Source: Candidatus Limnocylindria bacterium
GTDB lineage: Bacteria; Chloroflexota; Limnocylindria; QHBO01
Direction: 5' to 3'
DNA: 42,564 nt
Assembly: GCA_035764845.1 (NCBI GenBank)
Contig: DASTYP010000243.1
Location: forward strand, 1 to 42,564
This document shows, one piece after another, positions 33,872 through 42,564 of the stretch (position 1 is its first letter; each line of letters starts with the position of its first letter). A program made the translations under genes and the position numbers. The notes under the pieces are model-generated. The model searched no databases, had not been told where the DNA came from, and worked only from the letters and a program-made list of their open reading frames with translations.

Positions 33872-34261
33872 ATGAACGACGACACCGCGCTTCGCGCCTA
33901 CGTCCTCGAGGACGACCCCGACATCGCCGCCCTCGAGGCGGACCTCCTGCGTGACATGGGGTTCGCCGTGGTCACCTGCACGCGGATCGTCGAGCTCGGC
34001 GACCTGATGGAGCTCGCGCTGCCGCACCTGCTCGTCGTCGACGTGATGCTGCCCGACGGCGATGGCGGCGACATCACGGAGCTGCTTCGATCCGCGTGGC
34101 CCGGCATCCCGGTCGTCATCGTCTCGGCCGCCAGCCGCGAGCGGCTGGCCGAGCTGGCGCCGATCGGCCCGGTCGTCGCCAAGCCGTTCGACCTCGAGTC
34201 CTTCCGGAACGCCGTCGGCGAGGCGATCGAGGGCTCGCGGGAGCTGCGCAGCGTCTCGTGA
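33872..34261 (+). CDS. Single-domain response regulator (CheY-like REC)
   Basis: ORF 33587..34261 trimmed to ATG 33872. It has the acidic pocket LEDD, phospho-acceptor VVDVMLPDGDG, VVIVSA, and KPF. Confidence 0.8.
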   Translation: MNDDTALRAYVLEDDPDIAALEADLLRDMGFAVVTCTRIVELGDLMELALPHLLVVDVMLPDGDGGDITELLRSAWPGIPVVIVSAASRERLAELAPIGPVVAKPFDLESFRNAVGEAIEGSRELRSVS

Positions 34262-34273
34262 CGCGGGGGCCGG

Positions 34274-34753
34274 CTACTCGACCCGGGTCCCGGACGGGCC
34301 GGTGCGGGCCACCAGCGCCGCGTGCTCGCTGCCGTCCGCGGCCGTGAGCCGGTAACGATGCTCGATCTCCACCGACGCCGACAGCATCGCGTTGACCGGG
34401 CAGTAGCGGGTGGCCGACAGCTCGATCGAGCGGCGCAGCGCCTCCGGCTCGACCTCACCGGTGACCTGGTGCTCGATCGTGATGGCCGTGAAGACCCTGG
34501 GGTGTTCGCCGGCCGATTCGCCGCGCACGTCGATCTCGTAGGTCGCGGCCGACTGGCGCTTCTTGCGCAGGATGCTCGCCACGTCGGCGGCGGCGCACCC
34601 GGCGAGCGCGGCCAGGACCGTCTCCTTGGGTCCGGCGGCCGAGTCGCGGCCCTCCGGCGGATCGGCGTCCAGGGTGATCGGCTGCCCCTTGGGCGTTCGC
34701 GCCTCGGTCCGGCAGCCGGTCGGATCGACGATCGCGTGGATGGATTCGCTCAT
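34274..34753 (-). CDS. OsmC/Ohr-family peroxiredoxin-like protein
   Basis: It has both conserved Cys contexts, LAGCAA and ATRYCPV, and a 159-aa length. Confidence 0.85.
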   Translation of the reverse strand: MSESIHAIVDPTGCRTEARTPKGQPITLDADPPEGRDSAAGPKETVLAALAGCAAADVASILRKKRQSAATYEIDVRGESAGEHPRVFTAITIEHQVTGEVEPEALRRSIELSATRYCPVNAMLSASVEIEHRYRLTAADGSEHAALVARTGPSGTRVE

Positions 34754-34759
34754 GCGGCC

Positions 34760-34765
34760 AGCCTA
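34760..34765 (-). promoter_or_regulatory. -10 box TAGGCT, 6 nt before ATG 34753 (leaderless OsmC gene)
   Basis: On the minus strand the arrangement is TAGGCT-ggccgc-ATG. Confidence 0.4.
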
Positions 34766-34782
34766 CCGTGGGGGCCCGGCCG

Positions 34783-35541
34783 ATGCGCGTGATCCGGCCG
34801 TCCGCGCTGGCCGGCAACGGCCGGCGTCGCACGCTGCTGCTGTCCGCGACCATGCTGGCGGTGGGCGTCCTGGCGGCCCAGCTCACGCTGCTGACCCCCG
34901 CCTCCACGGCCACCGGCGTGCTCGCCGCCTCCGCCGCGCTCGGGCTGGGCGTCGGCACCGCGTGGCTGCTCCGAGCTCTCCGCCCGAACCGTGCCCGCTC
35001 CGCGGCCGAGGCGCTCGCCGGCCTGCTGGCCCCGACGCTCGACGACAGCTACACCCTGCTCCTCGCCCCGACGCTTCCGGTGCGCGACGCCGCGCGGCTC
35101 GACGGGGTGCTCGTGGGCCCTGCCGGCGTCCGCGTCCTCACCGTCCGCGACTGGGACGGTCGCTACCGCGTCCGCGGGCGGGGCTGGGAGTTCGACGCGC
35201 GCGGCCGACGCGGCTGGATCACGTGCCGCACCAACCCGAGCTTCGAGGCCGCGTCGCTGTCCGAGGGGTTCTCACGCTGGGCGAGCGACGCCGGCCTGGT
35301 CCTCCCCGACGTCGCGCTGCGACCGGCCATCGCCTTCCCGAACCGTCGATCGCGGATCGTCCTGGAGGAGCCGATCGACGAGGTCATCACCACCGACAAC
35401 GCCCCGTGGTGGGCGAACACCATCGGCCGCGTGCAGCGGCTGGACCCCTCCTCGGTCGCCCGGGTGGTCGCGGCGGTCATGGAGGCCGCCGAGGCGCGCT
35501 CGGCCGTCGGCCGTCGGCCGGCCGCGCAGGACGCCGGCTGA
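34783..35541 (+). CDS. Membrane-anchored NERD (nuclease-related domain) protein
   Basis: It has two N-terminal TM helices. The NERD-like core is YTLLLAPTLP...LDGVLVGPAGVRVLTVRDWDGRY. The start is ATG 34783, or GTG 34768 as in the track. Confidence 0.6.
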   Translation: MRVIRPSALAGNGRRRTLLLSATMLAVGVLAAQLTLLTPASTATGVLAASAALGLGVGTAWLLRALRPNRARSAAEALAGLLAPTLDDSYTLLLAPTLPVRDAARLDGVLVGPAGVRVLTVRDWDGRYRVRGRGWEFDARGRRGWITCRTNPSFEAASLSEGFSRWASDAGLVLPDVALRPAIAFPNRRSRIVLEEPIDEVITTDNAPWWANTIGRVQRLDPSSVARVVAAVMEAAEARSAVGRRPAAQDAG

Positions 35542-35542
35542 G

Positions 35543-36172
35543 CTAACCCTCCGCGCCGGGGTGGCCCTGGCCGCTGCGCAGCCAGGCCTCGGCCGTCGCC
35601 TCGTCGAGGACCTCGGCCAGCAGCTCGTCGGGCCGCTCGTCGTCGGCGACGATCAGCACCTGCGCCCGGTCGCGCGCCAGCGCCACCACCGCGCTCTCGC
35701 GGTTCAGCTGCGGGTGCGCGGCGGACGTGATGGCCGCGTCCGTCATGGGCAGGAATCGGTCGGGTACGTTCAGGAGGCCGTCCATCGGCCGGCTGCCCTG
35801 CGGGACGTAGATCGTGCCGGTCAGACGGAACGGCGGCAGGCCCAGCTGCGCGCGCACGCCGCGCTTGGGGATCCGCATGTGGTCGCCACTCCCCTGCACG
35901 GCACCCTCGCCCGGCTGGTCGGTGAGCAGGACGACGAGGACCTCGTTCAGGGGCACCAGGGCCTGGGGGACGCGCTGCGGCGGGGCGGGGTCACCGTGCT
36001 CGCCGATGGTCGCCTCGTCGATCACCAGGTGCGCGCCGGTGTTCTGGTTGAGGATGTCGGCCACGCGCGTGAAGCGGGTCTTCATGTGGCCCGACACCCG
36101 GTAGGCGCTGGTGTACGCCTCGATCGCCACGTCGTGGACGGTCCCGAACCCCTCGAACCCGAAGCCACTCAT
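35543..36172 (-). CDS. Hypothetical protein (209 aa) made of two similar ~90-aa modules
   Basis: This clean ORF lies 52 nt downstream of the DNA ligase gene. The repeat is YRVSGHMKT..RVADILNQ...HLVIDEATI...VLVVLLTD versus FRLTGTIYV..RPMDGLLNV...FLPMTDAAI...AQVLIVADD. I recognise no family. Confidence 0.6.
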   Translation of the reverse strand: MSGFGFEGFGTVHDVAIEAYTSAYRVSGHMKTRFTRVADILNQNTGAHLVIDEATIGEHGDPAPPQRVPQALVPLNEVLVVLLTDQPGEGAVQGSGDHMRIPKRGVRAQLGLPPFRLTGTIYVPQGSRPMDGLLNVPDRFLPMTDAAITSAAHPQLNRESAVVALARDRAQVLIVADDERPDELLAEVLDEATAEAWLRSGQGHPGAEG

Positions 36173-36224
36173 GGCCGATCTCCTCCGCGATGCTGACGTC
36201 CTGTCGCGCCGATCCTACCCGCCG

Positions 36225-37973
36225 CTACTCGGGCGGCGCCTCCCCGGTCGCCGCGATCTCCTCCGTCTCGCCGCGGGCGCCGGTCGCCAGCAGGATCCGT
36301 CCGGATGCCTGCTCGCCGAAGAGGGCCTCCACGGTCGCCAACGTGTCGATGTCGGCGGGCGTCTTGTCGTCGCGGATGCGGACGATCCGCGGGAAGCGCA
36401 TGGCGAAGCCGGACCGGTGCCGCCCCGAACGCATGATCCGGTCGAAGGCGATCTCGACCACCACCTCGGGCACCACGGTCCGGTAGCGGCCGAAGTCGCG
36501 CAGGGTGATGGCCTTGAAGTGCTCGGTCATCTCGGCGATCTCCGCATCGGTCAACCCGGTGTAGGCCTTGCCGATGGTGAGCAGCCGCGCGTCCGGCGCA
36601 TCGGTCTCGCGCACGGCGAAGGTGTAGTCCGAGAGGACACCGCGACGCTTGCCATGGCCCCACTCGACGCCGACCACGACGCAGTCCAGCGTGGCGAGCG
36701 CCTTCTTCAGCTTCAGCCACCCGAGCCCTCGACGCCCCGGCTGGTAGACGGAGGCGGGGTCCTTGACCATCAGCCCCTCGTTGTGGCGCTCGCGCGCGTC
36801 GTCGAAATGCCGGTCCACCTCCTTCGCGGAGGCGGCGGTGGCCAGGTGCGAGAGCAGCACGCGCTCGCCGGTCACCTCGGGAAGGCCCAGGCGCTCGAGC
36901 TCGCCACGTCGCTCGCGGAGCGGCACCTCGAGCAGGTCGCGGCCGCCGTGGTGAAGCAGGTCGAAGGCGACCAGCACCACCGGGACCTCCTCCAGGAGCG
37001 CCTGCGACGGGCGGACCCGCCCCAGCCGCGTCTGGAGGGACGCGAAGTCCAGGACGGATCCTGCCCGCCACGGGACCAGCTCGCCGTCGAGCACCAGCGG
37101 ACCGTCGCCCGTGAGCGCGGCGCCGGCCTGCGCGATCTCCGGGAACGAGCGGGTCACGTCGTTGAGGTCACGGCTGAAGAGGCGGACGGTGCCGTCAGCC
37201 TCGAGATGGAGCTGCGCGCGGATGCCGTCGTACTTGTCCTCGATCCACGCCTCGTCACCGACGCGACGCATGACCTCGGCCGCGTCGGCCACGGGCGAGG
37301 CGAGCATGAAGCGGATGGGGCGGCCCACGTGCAGCGCGGCGCCGGCCAGGCGGTCGTCGCGGGCCAGCAGCGCGGTCTCGCCGATGTCGCCGGTGAGCAT
37401 GTGCGCCCGGCGAACCGCGTCGAGGTCCCGGTCGAACGCGGCCGCCACCGCCTCCTCCAGCAGCCCCTCGCGCAGCCCGATGCGCGTCTCGCGCGAGCTG
37501 ATGCGGCCGATGAAGCGGGCCTCGTCTCCGGTGGCCCGGCGGAACAGGTCGGTGAAGCGGGTGACCCGCTCCTCGGCCGATCCCGCCGCCGCGATGGAGG
37601 CGAACCCGTCCGCCACGTCCGCCACGGTCAGCGGCGCGCCGCCCGATGGTGCGCGCTCGCCGAGCAGCTCCGCGGCGGCGTCGCCGAAGTCGGAGTGGCG
37701 CAGGTAGGCGGTACGCAGCCGCTCCTCGTCGGCGCCGCTGGCCGCCGCGAGCGCCGCCCCCTGCTGGACCCAGCCCATGCCGAGCTTGGCGGTCGGGTCG
37801 GTGAGCGGGCGGCCGGCAAAGAAGGTCGTCGCCGCCACCAGGTCGCCCGCCGGCAGGTCACGCAGGTAGCCGGCCAGCAGGTCGCGCTTGGCGTTCTTGC
37901 TGCGGGTGGCGCCGACCGCGTCGGCCGTCGCGGCCAGGCGAGCGAACGGCGTGGAGGCGGCGCGCGGCGGCAT
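36225..37973 (-). CDS. ATP-dependent DNA ligase with an N-terminal DNA-binding domain (Lig1/LigB type)
   Basis: Motif I is EDKYDGIRAQLH, motif III is LDGELV, motif IV is EGLMVK and motif V is WLKLKK. An OB domain and motif VI (RFPR) are present. Confidence 0.9.
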   Translation of the reverse strand: MPPRAASTPFARLAATADAVGATRSKNAKRDLLAGYLRDLPAGDLVAATTFFAGRPLTDPTAKLGMGWVQQGAALAAASGADEERLRTAYLRHSDFGDAAAELLGERAPSGGAPLTVADVADGFASIAAAGSAEERVTRFTDLFRRATGDEARFIGRISSRETRIGLREGLLEEAVAAAFDRDLDAVRRAHMLTGDIGETALLARDDRLAGAALHVGRPIRFMLASPVADAAEVMRRVGDEAWIEDKYDGIRAQLHLEADGTVRLFSRDLNDVTRSFPEIAQAGAALTGDGPLVLDGELVPWRAGSVLDFASLQTRLGRVRPSQALLEEVPVVLVAFDLLHHGGRDLLEVPLRERRGELERLGLPEVTGERVLLSHLATAASAKEVDRHFDDARERHNEGLMVKDPASVYQPGRRGLGWLKLKKALATLDCVVVGVEWGHGKRRGVLSDYTFAVRETDAPDARLLTIGKAYTGLTDAEIAEMTEHFKAITLRDFGRYRTVVPEVVVEIAFDRIMRSGRHRSGFAMRFPRIVRIRDDKTPADIDTLATVEALFGEQASGRILLATGARGETEEIAATGEAPPE

Positions 37974-37979
37974 CGGCCC

Positions 37980-37985
37980 AGTCTA
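37980..37985 (-). promoter_or_regulatory. -10 box TAGACT, 6 nt before ATG 37973 (leaderless ligase gene)
   Basis: On the minus strand the arrangement is TAGACT-gggccg-ATG. Confidence 0.4.
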
Positions 37986-38033
37986 CGCAGCGCCCGGCCA
38001 CGGCCGGGCTTGACCCGGAGGCAGCCGGGGCGG

Positions 38034-38648
38034 ATGCTGCCGCGCATGGTCTTCCCGTGGCAGAAGCGCAACGTGCCGGACGAGCTCGCCGCCCGCGTCC
38101 CACCGGGGCAGGTGCTGACCGAGAAGTTCCCGGTCCTGCATTTCGGGCGCGTTCCGGACTATGGCGACCTGTCGGGCTGGGACTTCCGGGTGTGGGGTGA
38201 GGTGGACGAGCCGTTCCGCCTCAACTGGGCGGAGTTCCGCAACCTTCCGGTGGCGGAGCTGACGACCGACATCCACTGCGTCACGCGCTGGTCGAAGCTC
38301 GACACGCGGTGGGAGGGCGTCGCCTTCAGCCATGTCGCCGAGGTGGCCGTCGTGCGCCCGAGCGCCCGCTTCGTGATCTTCCACGCCGAAGGCGGCTTCA
38401 CCGCCAACGTGCCGCTCGAGACGGCCATGCGCCCCGAATGCATCCTGGCGTGGTCCTACGACGGGCAACCGCTGACGGCGGAGCACGGCTACCCGCTGCG
38501 GGCGATCGTCCCCGGGACCTACTTCTGGAAGAGCGCGAAGTGGCTGCGCGGCGTCGAGTTCACCACGGACGACCGCCTCGGCTTCTGGGAGCGCAACGGG
38601 TACCACAACGACGCGGACCCGTGGAAGGAGCAGCGCTACTCGCGCTGA
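38034..38648 (+). CDS. Sulfite-oxidase-family molybdopterin oxidoreductase (small, YedY/MsrP-like catalytic domain)
   Basis: This is the C-terminal part of ORF 36111..38648. The Mo-ligand Cys context is DIHCVTRWSK, and GYPLRAIVPG and WKSAKW are present. The alternative start ATG 38046 fits TTGACC-N17-GATGCT-N7-ATG. Confidence 0.8.
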   Translation: MLPRMVFPWQKRNVPDELAARVPPGQVLTEKFPVLHFGRVPDYGDLSGWDFRVWGEVDEPFRLNWAEFRNLPVAELTTDIHCVTRWSKLDTRWEGVAFSHVAEVAVVRPSARFVIFHAEGGFTANVPLETAMRPECILAWSYDGQPLTAEHGYPLRAIVPGTYFWKSAKWLRGVEFTTDDRLGFWERNGYHNDADPWKEQRYSR

Positions 38649-38953
38649 CCGGAGTCCTCGCCGGGCTCGCCGGGCATGGTCTTGGCGCGAGCGATGAGCT
38701 CAGCGACCCGACGTCCACCCTTGCGGCCGATCTCGCGGAAGTGCTCGTTCGAGTACCGCTCGCTGACCGCCTTGCCGCCCTTGGCGCCGATCTCCTGGAA
38801 GAACTCCGGCCCGTAGCGGGCTCGCGTGGTCTTGCCACCCTTCCGCCCCGCCTCCCGAACGCTCATGTTGCCGCCGGCCTTGCCGGCCGCGGCCGTCCCG
38901 CCCGTGTTGACGGTGTTGCTGCCGTTCTGCTCGGCGCTGCCGCGCTTCGCCAT
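38636..38953 (-). CDS. KGG-repeat general stress protein (GsiB-like)
   Basis: ORF trimmed to ATG 38953, with an AGGAG SD upstream. The repeats are GRKGGKTT, GAKGGKAV and GRKGGRRV. Its 3' end overlaps the convergent Mo-enzyme gene by 13 nt. Confidence 0.8.
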   Translation of the reverse strand: MAKRGSAEQNGSNTVNTGGTAAAGKAGGNMSVREAGRKGGKTTRARYGPEFFQEIGAKGGKAVSERYSNEHFREIGRKGGRRVAELIARAKTMPGEPGEDSGQRE

Positions 38954-39075
38954 CTGGCGCTCCTGTTCTGCGTGCTTGGTGCTCCGATCCCCCCGCTCCC
39001 CAGCCGAAGCAAGTTGCGTACCTGCCGTCCCCACGGGCGAGCGGCACGCGTCGAGGGCCGGGAGCGCGACCGGGC

Positions 39076-39081
39076 TAGAAT
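39076..39081 (+). promoter_or_regulatory. -10 box TAGAAT, 9 nt before ATG 39091
   Basis: The arrangement is TAGAAT-cagccgccc-ATG. Confidence 0.35.
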
Positions 39082-39090
39082 CAGCCGCCC

Positions 39091-39402
39091 ATGCACCCGA
39101 TGCTCCGCAACACCATCATCGGCATCGTCGGCCTGATCATCGCCGGCGCGCTGGTGGCCCTCGCCCTCCTCGGCGACGATTCCGACCTGTCCGTCCTCGC
39201 CATGCTCGTGGCCGGCATCGTGGCCGTCGCCATCGGCCTGTTCGTGTACGCCCAGGGCTGGGTATGGGGCTCGCGCGCCGCGCGGCAGCGCGCCACGGGC
39301 CAGTCGCTCCTCATCGCCGTCGGCGGCGGAATCATGGTGCTGATCGCCGGCGTCGCCATGGCCGGCCTGGTCATCCTGGTCCTGCTGTTCTACCTCGGCT
39401 GA
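39091..39402 (+). CDS. Small membrane protein (103 aa, 3-4 TM), unknown function
   Basis: It is a hydrophobic ORF with a promoter-like box directly upstream. I recognise no family. Confidence 0.55.
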   Translation: MHPMLRNTIIGIVGLIIAGALVALALLGDDSDLSVLAMLVAGIVAVAIGLFVYAQGWVWGSRAARQRATGQSLLIAVGGGIMVLIAGVAMAGLVILVLLFYLG

Positions 39403-39464
39403 CCGCCACGCCTGGCCGATCGGCCGGCCGCGACGCCGCTGGTACCATGCCGATGCGCGCGCGT

Positions 39465-39541
39465 GCCCCCATCGTCTAGAGGCCTAGGACGCCACCCTTT
39501 CAAGGTGGAGATCACGGGTTCGAATCCCGTTGGGGGCACCA
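39465..39541 (+). tRNA. tRNA-Glu (anticodon UUC), CCA encoded
   Basis: The sequence is GCCCCCATCGTCTAGAGGCCTAGGACGCCACCCTTTCAAGGTGGAGATCACGGGTTCGAATCCCGTTGGGGGCACCA. It folds by hand into a cloverleaf with acceptor GCCCCCA/TGGGGGC, anticodon loop CTTTCAA and a GGTTCGAATCC T-arm. Confidence 0.95.
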
Positions 39542-39545
39542 CTCC

Positions 39546-39725
39546 TCAGATGTGGTTGATCTCGACCCGGTCCCCGCAGTTCGGGCACCACAGCAGGAGC
39601 AGCTTCGGATCCTCCGGCAACGGGCGCCACGAGTAGACGTTGGCCTCGGTGATCTGCTCGCCGCAGCGGGGGCACTCCGAGCCGAGGTCCAGCCACTGAT
39701 CGCGCGGCACGTTCTGCCGGCCCAT
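39546..39725 (-). CDS. Small zinc-ribbon protein (59 aa)
   Basis: The sequence is MGRQNVPRDQWLDLGSECPRCGEQ...LLWCPNCGDRVEINHI, with two CxxC pairs. The ATG overlaps the upstream stop as ATGA. The rest of ORF 39546..41468 is an artefact antisense to galU and pknB. Confidence 0.55.
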   Translation of the reverse strand: MGRQNVPRDQWLDLGSECPRCGEQITEANVYSWRPLPEDPKLLLLWCPNCGDRVEINHI

Positions 39726-40168
39726 CAGCGACGCTCCGGTGGTGGCGGTGGCGCCCATCCTGGCTTCGGGCCGGATGGCTCCGACCCGTCCGGCGAGTCG
39801 GCCGCGACGATGGCGGCACGCGTCTCCTCCGCCTTCGCCGACGGCCTGATGAGGGGGTACGACATGGCGGCGTAGCCGGGCCAGCTGCCGACGTCCCCGT
39901 CGCGGATCATCACCATCGTCTTGGTGAACGCGCCGGTAACGTCGCGCACGGAGCGGTCCAGGACCTGGAAGTCGCGACCCGTCACGTGGCGCAGGGCCGG
40001 CGGCAGCGTCTCGACCAGGTAGGCGGGGTTCGGGTTCTCGGCGAACGCGAGATCCAGCGCCTCGACGACCTGCTCGTCGGGCAGCGAGGTCGGCAGCGGC
40101 CGGCTGATGTAGGCCATGCGCGGATCGCGGCTGGGTCCCTTGAAGGTGCGGACGAGTGACTTGAACAT
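39725..40168 (-). CDS. Hypothetical protein (147 aa)
   Basis: ORF 39725..40624 trimmed to ATG 40168 (MFKSLVRTFKG...). A -10 box TACAAT (40180-40185, minus strand) lies 11 nt upstream. The C-terminus is a low-complexity P-rich tail. Confidence 0.5.
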   Translation of the reverse strand: MFKSLVRTFKGPSRDPRMAYISRPLPTSLPDEQVVEALDLAFAENPNPAYLVETLPPALRHVTGRDFQVLDRSVRDVTGAFTKTMVMIRDGDVGSWPGYAAMSYPLIRPSAKAEETRAAIVAADSPDGSEPSGPKPGWAPPPPPERR

Positions 40169-40376
40169 CGGCGCGGCCGATTGTAGCGCCCTCGACCGCT
40201 CCACCCGGCCGGCGCCAGCCGGCCAGCGCGGGCCTGGCCCGCGCATCGGTCCGTGCAACGCCGGTTGGTATACTGGCGTCCCCTGTGAGGAACCCAACCG
40301 CGGCCCCGCCGCGCGCAGCGATTTGGCGCGCCATCGCCGCGCATTCGACCCCGTACCAAGGAGCCCATCGATCATC

Positions 40377-41249
40377 GTGCGCGTGAGAAAGGCCGTCCTG
40401 CCGGCGGCAGGATTCGGCACCCGCTTCCTCCCAGCCAGCAAGGCCGTCCCCAAGGAGATGATGCCGCTGGTCGACCGCCCGATCATCCAGTACGCGGTCG
40501 AGGAGGCGGTCGCCTCGGGCATCGAGCAGATGATCATCGTCATCGCGACGGGGCGCAGCGCGATCGAGGACCACTTCGACTCCAACTCGGGCCTCGAGCG
40601 CTGGCTGGAGGACCGCGGCGACATCGAGATGCTGCGTCAGATCCGGCGGATCAGCGAGTTCGGCACGGTCGCGTTCGTCCACCAGCGCGAGCAGCTCGGG
40701 CTTGGCCATGCGGTGCTCATGGCCAAGGACCTGGTCGGCGACGAGCCGTTCGCCGTCCTCCTCTCGGACGACGTGATGCTCAACCCCGGCGGAGAACCGG
40801 TCACGCGACAGCTGATCGACGCGTACCTGGCGCATCGCGGCTCGGTGATCGCCGTCCAGCGGGTCGATCGCCAGGACGTCAGCCGCTACGGGATCGTGGA
40901 CCCGCTCCACGAGGAGGGGCGGCTGGTCGAGATCCGCAACCTGGTCGAGAAGCCGACCGTCGAGGAGGCGCCATCCGAGCTGGCGGTGCTGGGCCGCTAC
41001 ATCCTCACCCCGAAGATCTTCGACGTGCTGGAGCACACCACCCGCGGCGCGGGCGGCGAGATCCAGCTGACCGATGCGATCCGGACGCTGATCGGCGAAC
41101 AGCCCGTGTTCGGCTACCAGTTCGAGGGCACGCGGCACGATGCCGGCACGCGGCTCGGGTGGCTGAAGGCCAACGTGGCGGTCGCGCTCGAGTCCGACGA
41201 GGCCGACGAATTCCGAACCTACGTGCGCGGTCTCGACCTGCGAGACTGA
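40377..41249 (+). CDS. galU: UTP--glucose-1-phosphate uridylyltransferase
   Basis: It has KAVLPAAGFGTRFLPASKAVPKEMMPLVDRPIIQY and VEKP motifs. The start is GTG 40377, 13 nt after an AAGGAG. A candidate -10 TATACT lies at 40269-40274. Confidence 0.9.
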   Translation: MRVRKAVLPAAGFGTRFLPASKAVPKEMMPLVDRPIIQYAVEEAVASGIEQMIIVIATGRSAIEDHFDSNSGLERWLEDRGDIEMLRQIRRISEFGTVAFVHQREQLGLGHAVLMAKDLVGDEPFAVLLSDDVMLNPGGEPVTRQLIDAYLAHRGSVIAVQRVDRQDVSRYGIVDPLHEEGRLVEIRNLVEKPTVEEAPSELAVLGRYILTPKIFDVLEHTTRGAGGEIQLTDAIRTLIGEQPVFGYQFEGTRHDAGTRLGWLKANVAVALESDEADEFRTYVRGLDLRD

Positions 41250-41260
41250 CGTCGTGGAGA

Positions 41261-42564
<1,304 letters not shown>

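Noticed and set aside
37993-38008. A perfect 16-nt GC palindrome, CCCGGCCACGGCCGGG, in the divergent ligase / Mo-enzyme promoter region.
   Set aside because: Short GC-only palindromes are expected by chance at this base composition. I could see no second copy and cannot judge conservation, so it is kept only as a note.
38636-38648. A 13-nt overlap of the convergent 3' ends of the Mo-oxidoreductase and KGG stress-protein genes.
   Set aside because: Small convergent overlaps are common in compact GC-rich genomes. I see no additional structure suggesting regulated antisense interaction.
39465-39541. tRNA-Glu as a possible integration site of a genomic island.
   Set aside because: There is no integrase, recombinase or phage-like gene on either side. 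I saw no direct repeat of the tRNA 3' half nearby. The flanking genes look like housekeeping genes (galU, pknB).

Overview
A 42.6 kb, very GC-rich (about 70% by eye) chromosomal segment that is densely coding. I call about 45 CDS, one tRNA-Glu(UUC) and one TPP riboswitch. I saw no transposase, integrase, CRISPR array or long DNA repeat. Many long ORFs in the track are antisense or out-of-frame artefacts of the GC content. I kept only frames with recognisable motifs, and trimmed starts using 4-nt start/stop overlaps, Shine-Dalgarno sites or TANNNT -10 boxes. Blocks from left to right: (1) a minus-strand respiratory operon of a GltD/NfnB-like Fe-S flavoprotein, cytochrome b6-like protein, subunit IV-like protein, Rieske protein and dihaem cytochrome c. 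(2) A PIG-L deacetylase coupled to a class B PBP. (3) An SbcD/SbcC-like (YhaO/YhaN-type) nuclease/ATPase pair. (4) Three tiny hydrophobic ORFs after bcp. (5) A TPP-riboswitch-controlled thiN-ykoE-ykoD-ykoC thiamine salvage operon. (6) A 1123-aa HTH-GAF(x3-4)-GGDEF-degenerate-HD protein. (7) A lipoprotein, a DUF2254-like protein and a CAX exchanger. (8) A leaderless, translationally coupled rhodanese-WYL regulator-CYTH-Wzy/TPR operon. (9) A DNA-end-repair neighbourhood: Ku plus a catalytically dead ligase-like ORF, a CheY-like REC protein, OsmC, a membrane NERD protein, an internally duplicated unknown, and an intact ATP-dependent ligase. (10) A Mo-oxidoreductase, a KGG stress protein, tRNA-Glu, galU and a partial PknB-like kinase. 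The lineage looks actinobacterium-like (leaderless mRNAs, PASTA kinase, WYL, Ku), but the split b6-type cytochrome b is atypical for that lineage. I cannot assign a taxon from sequence alone. All family assignments come from motif recognition by eye; no searches were run.
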